A stretch of DNA of 64,000 nt, from NCBI GenBank assembly GCA_965649825.1, contig OZ287714.1:243527-307526 (forward strand). The letters run 5' to 3'. The translations under genes and the position numbers were made by a program. The notes under the pieces are model-generated. The model saw only the letters and a program-made list of their open reading frames with translations, searched no databases and had not been told where the DNA came from. Source of the DNA: Penicillus capitatus (taxonomy: Eukaryota; Plantae; Chlorophyta). Shown here one piece after another: positions 21,893-33,431 of this stretch (the first letter of the stretch is position 1; each line of letters opens with the position of its first letter).

Positions 21893-24706
21893 TCATTCAG
21901 AACACAGATGGCCACTGGTCCATCTTAAAATGCGACTGGGATGCTGGTAAGATTTTACAAGACCCTCCCATTCGGCCAATTTTGCACGGACTAAGGGGAT
22001 GGTTTCTCCGTCCGATGTCTCTTCATCCTCGTCGTCGCAGTTGGAACTGGGTTCTACACTGGACTCAGGTACTCCTCTACTAGGCGTATCTGAATCGACA
22101 GTTGCCACTGCAGCAGCATCAGCATCTGCAAGGGGAGCAGATTCAGTCGGTCCGTCCATCATGCACATTCCGAAAAGTGAGTCCACCTCTGTCTCATCGC
22201 TCGCATTTTCGCTTGTACTGCTATCAAAGTCCATTCCTGTCTTTGTTGAGTTCTTGTTCGACTTACGTCTCTGTGAAGAGCTTTCCTGTTGTTGTCCAAC
22301 TGCCAGCAACTGCTTTAGTTGATTGAGTGCATCTTCATTGTTGGCTTCCAGTATTTCTTTTGTCTGTCCAAGCAGATTACGTGCATCTTCATATGATTCC
22401 ATCAAATGCTTCATGCATGCGACAATTCCATCAAATTCATCCTGCAGGCTCTTGCGTGCGTGAGCGCCGAGCCCAACTGTGGCCTTCCGGCCAATGAGAT
22501 TGCGCAAAGCTGAAGCAGTGAGGGGCTTGCGGCCATTCATGATTTCTCTGCAATGCATGCATTTCTGCAGATCTGTGTAGCGAAAAGCAGGGAGTCCATG
22601 ACTCTTGGCTGCAGTCAGCTGAACATTGTCATTGGAAAAAAGCACGACAGGGAAACAGAGGGGGTTTTTGGGATTGGGAAGTAGTTGCTGTTGTTGTTGA
22701 CCGCTGAACTGAGGTTCTTCAGAATGCAGCCGGAACTGACTGGCGGCTTGACACAGCTCTTGCTGAAAAAAGAGTGCCACCTCAACGATCTTGAGATCAA
22801 TCGCCTGGCCCTTGTTAAACACGTGATGGCTCCTCGAATCCAACACTTCGGCATTGCGATCCACGATGATACCTTCTCCTTCATGAGCGCCGAGAATGGT
22901 CAGGAAGTCCTGTCCGGCTGGACCGTATTTCTCGAGACCAGAATTCACCAGCTTTCTCACACAGAGTCCGACATGTGCGCTGTGCTTCTTAAGTCCGTCC
23001 AGTTGTTTCATCACACTGTCACACAGAACAAAGAAAACACGCTCATTTGCAGGTATGCATCTTCCAAAATTGCCTCTTTGGCAAAGGCTGTCCAACCAAT
23101 CGAAGCTCAAAAAAGGACAGCTACCCGCCTTTACTTTACATCCAATCAACCCCAACAATGCACTAGTGTCAGGAAATACCAATAAAGGACCGCTGGAATT
23201 ATAGACATCTTGGGGTTTATAGTTAAGCGCCTTCTTTACTTGACAGGGCGCAGAACCCGAAGAAGGATCCAAGCAGTGACCGAAATTTGAAACAGAACCA
23301 ACAACACACTGCTTTGCTGAATTGTTTGTATTGTCCTGCCAACTGAACTTTGCTTGCATCAAAACAGGTGCTTCAGATGGTCTCAGTCTCTGACACTGGA
23401 TCCATGGTAAACGCAAATGTGCAATCTTGCGCTCATTTATCAAACAGCTAGATGCCTTTCCTCTTGAGCGACGCAAGTGGAATCTAGGTATGTCGACGAC
23501 GGCACCTTTCTCTTTCTCGATCGCCGAGATAAACTCTTTCAGTTCGTCGTGATTGATCATGTTCCATTCCATTCTGAGCCAGAACGGTTTGCAGGTCGCC
23601 TCTCTGGTCGACACAGCTGCAGACATGATCTGTTGGGCTCCCGTGTTCGTCATCGAGTTGTGGGAGACATGAATTTCCAGAAGCTCGTCGTTAATCAATT
23701 GAGCAATGTGCTTTGCTCCAGAATCTGTGATCTTGTTGTCGAAGAGCCACAGTTTAACGATGCTCAGCACAGATGCGTTCTGCTTGTGCCATTTGGAGAT
23801 CATGTCCAATTCGACATCTGTGAGTCCCATGCGCTCGCATCGCAGAGAAATGCAAACCTTTCCCTTGAAGAATGAGCATATGCGATGGTGATGCCTCGCA
23901 GCAGCAGCGGAAGCAACAGCAGCACCAGATTTGGATCTTTGTCTGGTACGTCCATGTCTCCGAGGACCTTTATCTCTTGTGATGCTGCCGCAATTGCTGC
24001 TTGGTATTGTTGTTGGCGTAGGTAGAATTGGTGCTGTTGTCGATGACTGTCCCTCTGCTGTCGACTGCAGGTTGTCAGATGACTGCTCAATTTGGTGATG
24101 AAGCCCGTCAGCTGTTTCATTCAAAGAACAGGTGCTACCAGATAGACTCTGTTCTTTGTTTTCTGAGGAGAAGGAGTCGACAACGTTGTTGGACTCCTTA
24201 GTCAGGTCCAAAAGGGCATTTTTATATGCCAATGCCCATTCCAGTATAGCATCTAGCCACAGGGGAGAGAATCGACATCCAGGGACGGTCATCACCTATG
24301 TGGTCAACATCTGCCATCCTCATATGCTCGGAGTGGCGTCAGTGGATACCTTCCAAAAACCTTCCTCGACGTCCCTTTCGAGCAATACCTGACCACACCC
24401 GCTGCCGAAAAAATAGCGACAGTTGAGGTTGCCTGCTTCTTTCCATCTCCGTAGCCCTTCACTTGGTCTCCACGGTTTTACGAAACAGTTGGCGTTGCTG
24501 TTCTCAGGCGGCGATGACCGTCCTTTTCGGCGTCGTGGCAGCCCTCTTCGATTTTGACAACGGCGATTGTTTTGACGCTCTTCGGCGCCGAGAGCCCCAT
24601 TTGCAGATTCTGAGCTGCATTTTTCTTTGGGACTCTGGTCGTTCTTTGCTGCTTTTGTTCTGGAGCCACGGCGGTGTCGACTATTCCAACCACCTGGCGC
24701 GCTCAT
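21893..24706 (-). CDS. RNI-type LRR + PIN (PIN_4/SWT1-like) domain protein
   Basis: The 800-aa ORF 21893-24295 contains LRRs (IVKLWLFDNKITDSGAKHIAQLI, LLEIHVSHNSMTNTGAQQI, FWLRMEWNMI) and PIN motifs (LLVFPDTSALL, SVMKQLDGLKK, AIDLKIVEVA, VVLFSNDNVQLTAAKSHGLP). A probable first exon starts at MSAPGG (24706) and is joined by a ~54-nt GT-AG intron ending at catag (24296). Confidence 0.7.
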
Positions 24707-24849
24707 TTTCACCGTATTGCGCTCGCAAGGTATTGCCTGCTCACGAAACCCGAAGCTGATGCGACGTATGCACACACTGGCACCTGGTTCATTCTCCGAA
24801 GAGCATCGCGGGAGCGGCATTCTTGCTTCTCCTTTACAAACGAAAATGC

Positions 24850-27079
24850 TCACAGATGCTCGTACATCAGCAAATAGGGCGTCTCAGACAGCACATCCGT
24901 CACACTCGTCCTCTTGATCGTCGAATCATTGAAGTGGATCCAACTCCCGTCTCTCTGCACAACATTCGCCGTGTAGTGATCACCTGAACACCCATCCATC
25001 CATGCACACGGACAGCAATGAAGTCTCTGAAATGTGATAGGGGATAAGAGAGCACACCTCCACGTCCTTGACCATGGTGATTGCATGTGGCAACAAGTCT
25101 GTACCTCCAGGGCTTATGACCCGCTGATAACCAATTCTTCTTAAAGTCAAGTGTGGCTGCGAATCCAATCCGCTTATCGATCTTTTCAAATCCAATCTCC
25201 GTGTACGCGTACTGCTTAAGGCATATGATCAAGAAAGGAGGTAACTGCCGGAACAGATTGTTCTTTGTGGCAATCATACATTTGCCAGTATCCTGCGCCC
25301 TATAATCTGTATGGATTCCATAAACCCGTGCACACCGCAGGTATGGTGTCGAGAGAGGCGTCACCTTGAATGATATCACGAGCCGTGTACATGTCCAATG
25401 CGTCCTCAACCGTTTGGACATTCTTGTTGGCAATGTCCAATATCAATGTTGTGAAGGCATGCGTTGTTACTGAGGCTGTCATTCCAGTTGCCTTTACGGC
25501 ACTTTGGATGTATCCTCCAAAAATCGACGAAAGAATGGACGTCTCTCCAGCGCCCGTCGTCCTCTGCACGGAAACTTTATTCTTTTTGCCAACAACCAAC
25601 CATCCATCGTCCGCATCCTGTTCATCTTTATCTGCCGGCTCTAAGGTCAAATGTTGATGGAGATCAGATTGCTCATCTAGGGAGAGAGAATACGTTGGGG
25701 ATCAAAGAGTTGCCGAATGTGGACGATTTCTTTCTCGATCTGCTCCAAAATGAAGAGCATGAATTCCTGAACATCTTGGCCACCAACTCTCCTCTCTTCA
25801 CTGAACCTCGATTGAAACTTGGATACGACAGTGGAAAGCATGTCTGGAGCAATGGGGTGCAGTCGTCTCTGATCGCTAACGCTACCGCTCTGAAGAACAG
25901 CCAGCCATCCCTGATATGCTCTGCTAGCCAGATGCTCACTTCTCTCGCGCTGCTACAGTATTGTTGATTCTCTGGTTGTACTGTCAGAACGCTGGCAAGG
26001 GATCCCATTGAACACACAACTGGGAAGGGGTATTTGTCAAGAAAACGCCGTGCGGTTTTCATTTCTATCATCAGCGAACAGAATTGGGAAGAAGCAAGGA
26101 GGAACTGCATTGCACTCCCCAAGAAGCACGTATTTCCCAGATTTCGAATGCCCTGCTCTCGAAAACGTACATTGCTGTTTGGCATTGTGTCGCTCAGCAG
26201 AATTCTCAACTGTCTCCGTACTTCTGATGGCGCGGTGGCCATCGACGCATGATTCGCATCCGAAGCTGCATCCACGGCCTCAAATAGAGCATCAGTTGGA
26301 CAAATGCAGGAGAGCTTTGGCCATACAGCTTCTGTTTGTTTCTTCTGTTTCTTCTTCATTCTCCTCTTCGCGTTCTTGGACAGTTTCTTGTTCGTGTCCG
26401 ATTCGCCCGTGGCTGCCGAAGTCGTTGGACTTCTGTGCGTCAGCGAACTCGCTGCTGAGAGGGAAACAGGACTGTTATCCGAACGCCTGGACACAACCTC
26501 CGATCCATACCAGCCAGTTCCAGTTCGCGTCCACCTTGACTCTGCAGACTCTAACGAGAGATCATAGAAGCTAGGCACCAGTTCATGTTGTTCTGCACTG
26601 GGCATATCTCCATTCGTGTCAGTCACACGATTCAGACATTCCAGTCGTCTGTCCTCGAATCGCCTTCGCGAATCCATTCGATTGTCTGTACGCTGTGATG
26701 CACCGAAATGACGTGCCGGTTCTGTCGAACTTTCTACACAAGCTACTCTCCGAGTGCCAGACAAAGGACGACTCTCTTGAGAAAGCGGAGTCATTGATTC
26801 CGAAGAGGCCTCTCTTCTCCACTCGACGGCACACGAAGTGACACGTCCTCCTCTTAAGGGTGGGGGAATTTGAGCGCGGAAGTCGGACGACCCGTCGACC
26901 ATGTCCACAAACTGAGTCTGCGCTGTCCGTTCGGTTGGACACTGCGATGTATTCGCGTCCGAATAGCAACCTGGTCCAAAAGGGTCCCTGCGCAAAGGAT
27001 GGTGTTCCATGCTCTTCTTTTTGGTCTCGTCTGCCTTTGGCAGCAAATACGGACGTGACACCAAATACAAAGACGTCAC
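24850..27079 (-). CDS. UBP24: Ubiquitin-specific protease of the USP10/Ubp3/UBP24 group, multi-exon
   Basis: Cys box GIRNLGNTCF; GWLVVGKKNKVSVQRT...LSSIFGGYIQSAVKATG...LILDI...VEDAL segment typical of USP10/UBP24; His box NHHG...HYTANV; HFNDS; ends PYLLMYEHL*. The start could be at 27079 or 27010. Confidence 0.85.
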
Positions 27080-27085
27080 ATCATA

Positions 27086-28162
27086 TCAGAATATCGGACA
27101 ACTGTTAACGGCAACTCTTCCATTCAGTCCATGTCTGCCTTCCTTTGTTTCTCTGGGATGGATGATGTCTGTAAGTAATTCTGGGTACTCTGGGAGAATT
27201 GTAGCCAGTCTCTGATTAGAGATGACCCCTAACCCTTGCAGTGCCTCCACTCGTGGTTTCAGCTCTGTTTCGAAATCCATCTGCAAAACTCTCGGGGTGG
27301 AGCACAGCAGCCACATGAGACGACGACTGTTGATGCCCATTCCCAGAAGGTACTCGACGTTTCGTGAAAAATCGTCCAGCGATGCTTCAAAGAACTTTGG
27401 ATGTTCGACAAACAGTCGTGCCCCTCTTCTGTGACGAAAAACGAAGATCATGTATTGAATCCTTGGACGAATGACGTGATCGAAGGACAGCTGCAGTAGA
27501 GATGGGCGTTTTGCAATCATGGATACGAAGTCTCGATCCGACATCAGTTCCTGCTTCCAATAGGCATGGAATTGAAATAGTGTGCTCAGTGGCACATCCA
27601 GCACATCTGGCCATTTCTCCAGTATCTGTGCGATTTCGTCAACTTCGGCACTTCGGTTGTGAAAGAAGAATGTATGAGATTGCATGCGCGATAGCGGGAC
27701 ACTGAGGAGTTGAGGTGCAGAGATGACGAGCCGTGTTACCTGTTCTCGATTCATATGCAGATCTCGCATCCAAAGAAGAAAAAGCGGCTGGATATCCCTC
27801 TCGACTGAGAGACTGAGAACGGCAGGGTGCCTCATGACCATATCTCTGATCTCCTGTCTGCTAAGGTTCAACTGAAGATTCTCGTCGGAGTCATCGTCAT
27901 GCTCCAAGAAATGCACGATGTCTTGAACATCAGTTGGGGGAACCAATAGCAATGCTTTGTGTTCTCGAAACAGCTGCCGGACATCGGACAGAGCAAAACC
28001 GTAAGAACGAAGCAGCTGCCACTTTGGTTGTATCAGACGATCGAATGCCAGCGCTTCCCGAGTCGCCGTGGGAGTCGAAGAATGGAGGTTGCGTCTTTCC
28101 AATCGTCTAAGAAGAGCCGCGGCTCGTGAGCTTCCAACTGCCAGTCGCACAGTCATCGTCAT
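27086..28162 (-). CDS. mTERF family organellar protein
   Basis: 358-aa ORF with repeated mTERF-like units (IRDMVMRHPAVLSLSVERDIQP, LVISAPQLLSV, MIAKRPSLLQLSFDHVIRPRIQY, LLCSTPRVLQMDFETELKPRVEAL) and an Arg/Ser/Ala-rich presequence. Confidence 0.8.
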   Translation of the reverse strand: MTMTVRLAVGSSRAAALLRRLERRNLHSSTPTATREALAFDRLIQPKWQLLRSYGFALSDVRQLFREHKALLLVPPTDVQDIVHFLEHDDDSDENLQLNLSRQEIRDMVMRHPAVLSLSVERDIQPLFLLWMRDLHMNREQVTRLVISAPQLLSVPLSRMQSHTFFFHNRSAEVDEIAQILEKWPDVLDVPLSTLFQFHAYWKQELMSDRDFVSMIAKRPSLLQLSFDHVIRPRIQYMIFVFRHRRGARLFVEHPKFFEASLDDFSRNVEYLLGMGINSRRLMWLLCSTPRVLQMDFETELKPRVEALQGLGVISNQRLATILPEYPELLTDIIHPRETKEGRHGLNGRVAVNSCPIF

Positions 28163-28261
28163 TTTGTGTCGCTCTATGTTAGATTCTTTCGTTAGCCGTC
28201 TGTGAAGAAGACACTAGACAGAGTGCGGCCTGAAGAATACAGCATCTTTGAGTCTTGAAGT

Positions 28262-29312
28262 ATGGAAGAACGGTACCTGACAGAACAGGAAAGAATCGAC
28301 AATATGACAATGAAGATAGAGGTAGCTTTCTGGTCTCCCATTCGCGCGTGCGACGCCGAATGTAAAAACGTCGACCGTTCCTTCCCTATTCGTATTCGCC
28401 TTTCCGTCTTTATTGTCCATCTGTTCTCTCGGGAATTCTAGCGACAGTTAATTTGTGCTTAGAACGAGTCGGTTCAAGGATCTGGGTTTATTAAACATCC
28501 ACCCCAGCAGCGCAAAGCGCAACCACCTCCACATCTTAGAGATCAGAGAGTTGATGATTATTGCAAAATGTTGGTTACGGCAATAGGAATTTGTGTTCTG
28601 TAGCAAGGATATAACAGGAGAGGCAACAATTATTACGGAGGAGGAGATGATCGAAATTATCCTTATCGCCCGCGACAGAGACAGATGCGACCCAGATATT
28701 ATCCTCAGCATCAAAATGCCTATCAAAGACCACACTACAACGATTCAAGGGGTGGATATTATCGCGGACCGTCCTTTCAAGATCAGATGAGACATTCACC
28801 GCGTGAGCATACCCAACAGTCCTGGCAGGGTGATGATGTATAGCAACATGTCGAATGGATGGTGCAGGAATGGGTCAGTCAGCTGGCCGTGGTCCAAGAT
28901 TTGAACCACGTATGCATGGACCGCCAAGAAACAGGCCAGATTGGGAATACTTTCAGAGACATGCTTCTGGAGGTGGGCGACACATGCAAGGAACGCGTCC
29001 GCCGCATCGCCCTAATGACTATCGAATGGCTCATCAGATGCAAGGGTATGTGCCTTACTATCCACCACAAGCACAGCAACGCCAAGTTCGAGCCACCATC
29101 ACCCTACAAACAAATAAATTGACGCTTCCTCTGTCTGTTAACAGCCTCGGCCAGCTGGAATGCAGGAATACAGTCAACCAAGATACTCTGCTCCATCCAA
29201 TGACTGTCAGCCAGAGGCAGAGCCAGAACATGGTCCACAGGATCCTCCAGCTCCAAAAGAGGAACCGGTGGTCCAATCGACTGGCGATGCTGGCGAAGTC
29301 AAGCAGAATTAA
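28262..29312 (+). CDS. Low-complexity R/G/Y/Q/P-rich protein (hypothetical, multi-exon)
   Basis: Spliced reading gives QGYNRRGNNYYGGGDDRNYPYRPRQRQMRPRYYPQ...GRGPRFEPRMHGPP...QPRYSAPSNDCQPEAEPEHGPQDPPAPKEEPVVQ...KQN* (stop 29310-29312). Short GT-AG introns lie between these blocks. The start is uncertain. Confidence 0.5.
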
Positions 29313-29674
29313 CGACTACTGTTACTAAGTGGATCGTCAAGCAATCTTCTCATGCTTCTGGTGGCGCTGGATGATCATGACAGCCCATCTGCGCAATCGT
29401 AGAATGTCTTTTGAAGTACTGACTCAAGCGCATGTTCTAAGGGACACGCCTCTCTCTCACACACAGGACAATGCGACCTGCTGACGTTATGATGGCCTTT
29501 TGTTTCTTTCGACGTTGAACACTGCTCCACTTTAATGTGACTTGACTCTGCATGCATGCGATGTTCTGTTTTCGATGATGTTGTTGTTGTCACTGTCTGT
29601 CTGACGTCGGTCCTCGTCAGAAGGACGACAACGATTCATTCGCGCAGAAGTACGTTAATCATTCGTTAGTGGGG

Positions 29675-32121
29675 ATGGCGAAGGAACGCGTACATACCGA
29701 TGTCGATGCCTCGGGCATTGCTGTGTTAACACTGGACAACCCGCCAATGAATGCTCTGCATCCCACGGTGCTGTCAGAACTCTTTACGAAACTCGAAGCT
29801 TGTCACAAAAGCGATCGCGTGAAGGCGATCCTAATAACAGGCGCATCAGGAAAGTTCACGGCCGGCTTCGACATCCAGCTCTTTAGAGATAACTCTCGGA
29901 AGGCAGACGACGTGATCGGCTTCGACGTGAACAAGGAGTTCTGTGAACGAATCGAATCTGGACCGAAGCCTACTGTCGCTGCCATCGATGGCATCTGTTT
30001 GGGTGGCGGCTGCGAACTTGCTGTGGCCTGCAATGCACGTGTCTGTACTCCAGTGTCCAAGATCGGATTGCCAGAACTGCAACTAGGAATCATTCCAGGG
30101 TTCGGTGGCACTCAGCGACTGCCCAGATTGGTGGGTATTAAGAAAGGATTGGAAATGATGTTGACTTCGAAGCCATTGGCAGCAGAAGCTGCAAAAGCTA
30201 ATGGACTGGTCGATGAGATCACAACCAAGGAGCATCTGGTGGAAATTGCTTCGAAAATTGCATTGGAAATGGCAAATGGAGAACGGCCACGGATGAGGAC
30301 ACTTGAAAAGACAGATAAACTGGAGCCGTTCTCTGAGGCATTACAGATCTTTGACTTTGCACACTTTCAGGCCAAGAAGCAGGCACCCGCACTTGAGCAC
30401 CCCCACCTTTGCATTGATGTCGTGCGCCATGGCGTCGAACACGGTGGCTATCAAGGATTGGAGAAAGTAATCCCTCACGTGCACTGTGTCATATATGGTC
30501 AGAATGCGTGATATGGTTAGGAGAAGCTGTTCTTTGCCAAGTGCATTACTCTGGACACACACAAAGCACTTGTGCATGTATTCTTTTCGATGAGATCGAC
30601 TAAACGGGTAAAGGGCATCACAGATATTGGCTTGACTCCACGTCCCATTCGGAGAGTTGGTGTCCTGGGTGGTGGATTGATGGGGTCCGGGATTGCCACT
30701 TCTCTGATTCTTGCTGGTTGTCAAGTGCTTTTGAAAGAGATCAATGAAACTTACTTACAGAATGGACTGAAACGCATTCAAGCGAATTTGCAGAGCCAAA
30801 TCAAGAAAGGACGTCTCCGGAAAGATGCTGCCGACAGAGCAATGGCATTGGTAAGGGGTGTTCTGGATTACGGTGACTTCAAGAATCTAGACATGGTAAT
30901 CGAAGCGGCCTTGGAAGACATCCCCCTCAAGCAGCAGATCTTTGCAGATCTTGAAGAGCATTGCAATGAACAGTGCATCTTGGCAACGAACACGTCGACG
31001 ATAGATATTACTGTTGTTGGACAGAAAACACGAGCAGCCGATCGCATCGTGGGTGCTCATTTCTTTAGCCCTGCGCATCTGATGCCGTTACTGGAGATCG
31101 TTCGGTCGGAACACACATCAAAACAAGTCTTCATTGACAGCCACTTTTCTGGTTTCAGTGACAGATGGTGGTGGTCTCTTAGGTCTTGCTGGATTCCCTG
31201 GAACTGTCGTCTAAGATCAAGAAGACACCAGTCGTCGTCGGCAACTGTACTGGATTTGCAGTCAATCGCGTTTTCTTTCCATACACAATGAGTGCATGTC
31301 TACTGGTGGACATTGGATTCGATCCTTATTACATCGACAGTGTCATCAGTACCAAGTTTGGCATGCCCTATGGACCATTCAGGCATTCATCGATTTGGAA
31401 GGGACAATCACAAATGTGCACGGACTGACTGCCTAGGTTGAGTGATTTGGTGGGGACAGACATTGGAATGCACGTCGGGAAGAATTTTGTCGAGGCCTTT
31501 TCAGATCGTGTGTACATAACCCAGCTCTTGATGCTCATGAACAAACATAAGAGGCTGGGAGAGAAAAATGGGAAGGGATTTTACAAGGTATGGACTGGAA
31601 ACTGTTGGCGCTAACGGTGTCCAGCAAATTTGTGTCCTGCTATAGTTCAAGAAGGCCCGACAAGCTCTGCCAGATCCAGACTTGGCCAGTATCGTTGCAG
31701 AATCTCGTTCTGCTGCTGGTCTTTTGGATGCCAAGGCGAAACCACCAAAATTCACTGATCAAGATATCATCGAGTGCATTTTCTTCCCCGTTGTCAACGA
31801 AGTGAAAACCTCTTTCATTTGTGAGCCATTCTGAGTGCCTGTGTTCGTGAGGGATGTCGTGTGATTGCTGATGGCATCGTAGAGAAGCCCAGCGACCTGG
31901 ATATCGCATCCATTCTTGGAATGGGATTCCCTCCATATCGTGGCGGCTTGATATTCTGGGCAGATTTGATCGGGGCACGGTACATCTGCGAAAAACTTTC
32001 TGCCTTTGCAGAGATGTTGCCAAAACAAGCATCGTTCTTTCGACCATGTCCTTACCTGCAAAACTGTGCTGGACGTGGATGTACCCTGGAGTCTGGACCA
32101 GAGATGCCATCTCACTTATGA
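29675..32121 (+). CDS. MFP: Peroxisomal multifunctional beta-oxidation protein (enoyl-CoA hydratase / 3-hydroxyacyl-CoA dehydrogenase), AIM1/MFP2 family
   Basis: Crotonase motifs (FTAGFDI, CLGGGCELAVACNAR, GLPELQLGIIPGFGGTQRLPRLVG), Rossmann VGVLGGGLMGSGIA, VIEAALED, LATNTST, GAHFFSPAHLMPLLEIV, GNCTGFAVNR; C-terminal SHL* is a PTS1 variant. Several ~50-nt introns. Confidence 0.93.
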
Positions 32122-32330
32122 TATGAATGAATGAGTGAGTACATAAATAACAGAGAACAACTCTTGCGACATCTAATATGTCTTTCTTGAGCGAATCATG
32201 TGACAGCAAGCAGACAGTCCTCTGTCCAATGGCACAATGACATCTGTGCAAAGTTTGATCTTGATCTGTCTGTGTATATACAGTCTGTCTGTCCATCTGT
32301 CCATTGATTGCGACTGATGGACAACACTCG

Positions 32331-33383
32331 ATGCTGAAGATGTACCAACGAAGCGTCCACGCTCTCGCGCGACACAGATGTATGATCCATCACCGACGCC
32401 ACATGCTGCCGTCTGGAGCATTCCTGTCGGCCTCTCGCTCCAGATATCCGAGCTCGAGATGCGGGTGGCGGTCGAATCAACGCTCTCTTCAAGTCTTTTC
32501 CGTCTCGAACGAGTCGGAAGTGTCGAAGGCGTCTCCCGAACCAAGGACAAATGCCTCTTCTCCTCCAAAGAGACGGCGATCCAAACAGACGAAGAAGTTC
32601 TTCTCGCTGACACCGAGCAGATGGTTCTATCGCACAACAGCTGCTTTGATCATTGGCGGACAAGTGATATATCGAATCGTCACAGGGAAGATCCATCTGA
32701 AGAACACATTGGAGCAGCTTGAGATTGTGGGTCCCAAGACGCTCGGGGTGTCATTGTTGACAGCTGGATTTGTGGGGATGGTCTTCACGATACAGTTTGT
32801 TCGGGAGTTTGCGAAACTTGGACTGACGCGTTCTGTCGGTGGTGTGTTAGCATTAGCCCTGTCGAGGGAGTTGTCGCCAGTCGTGACATCGATCATCATG
32901 GCAGGTCGTGTCGGCAGTGCATTTGCTGCAGAACTGGGCACAATGGCCGTTTCTGAGCAAACAGATTCTCTTCGGGTACTGGATACAGATCCTGTCGATT
33001 ATCTGATCACGCCTCGCGTTCTCGCAAGCATGTTGGCCAGTCCCATCCTCAATGTCCTATGTTTCTGTATGGGGATGGGAGCAGCTGTCTTACTGGCAGA
33101 TGTTGTGTATAACGTTGCTGCGAACGTGATACTAGACAGTGCACTTCGGGCATTGACTGGATGGGATATCGTATCCTCCATGATCAAAGCCTGGGTCTTC
33201 GGAGGCATCATTTCCGTTGTGAGTTGTTCCTGGGGATATACGACGACGGGTGGAGCCAAAGGTGTTGGATTATCGACGACGAGTGCCGTTGTCATTTCTC
33301 TGGTTTGTATTTTTGTCTCCGATTTCTTTCTGTCTTTCCTTTTCTTTCAAGGACAGGGAGATGCACTGAGACAATGTGTATAA
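32331..33383 (+). CDS. TGD1: Trigalactosyldiacylglycerol 1 (MlaE-type plastid lipid ABC transporter permease)
   Basis: Intronless ORF with GRVGSAFAAELGTMAVSEQTDSLRVLDTDPVDYLITPR and WGYTTTGGAKGVG, preceded by a transit-peptide-like N-terminus. Confidence 0.93.
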   Translation: MLKMYQRSVHALARHRCMIHHRRHMLPSGAFLSASRSRYPSSRCGWRSNQRSLQVFSVSNESEVSKASPEPRTNASSPPKRRRSKQTKKFFSLTPSRWFYRTTAALIIGGQVIYRIVTGKIHLKNTLEQLEIVGPKTLGVSLLTAGFVGMVFTIQFVREFAKLGLTRSVGGVLALALSRELSPVVTSIIMAGRVGSAFAAELGTMAVSEQTDSLRVLDTDPVDYLITPRVLASMLASPILNVLCFCMGMGAAVLLADVVYNVAANVILDSALRALTGWDIVSSMIKAWVFGGIISVVSCSWGYTTTGGAKGVGLSTTSAVVISLVCIFVSDFFLSFLFFQGQGDALRQCV

Positions 33384-33431
33384 AAACATGAGGAACTGAA
33401 ACTTCAATGTCTGCTCGTCGCTGACCACGTT

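Noticed and set aside
24940-24960. GDHY instead of GGHY in the USP His box as a sign of inactivity
   Set aside because: The catalytic Cys, His and Asn/Asp residues are all present, and the residue sits next to an uncertain splice junction.
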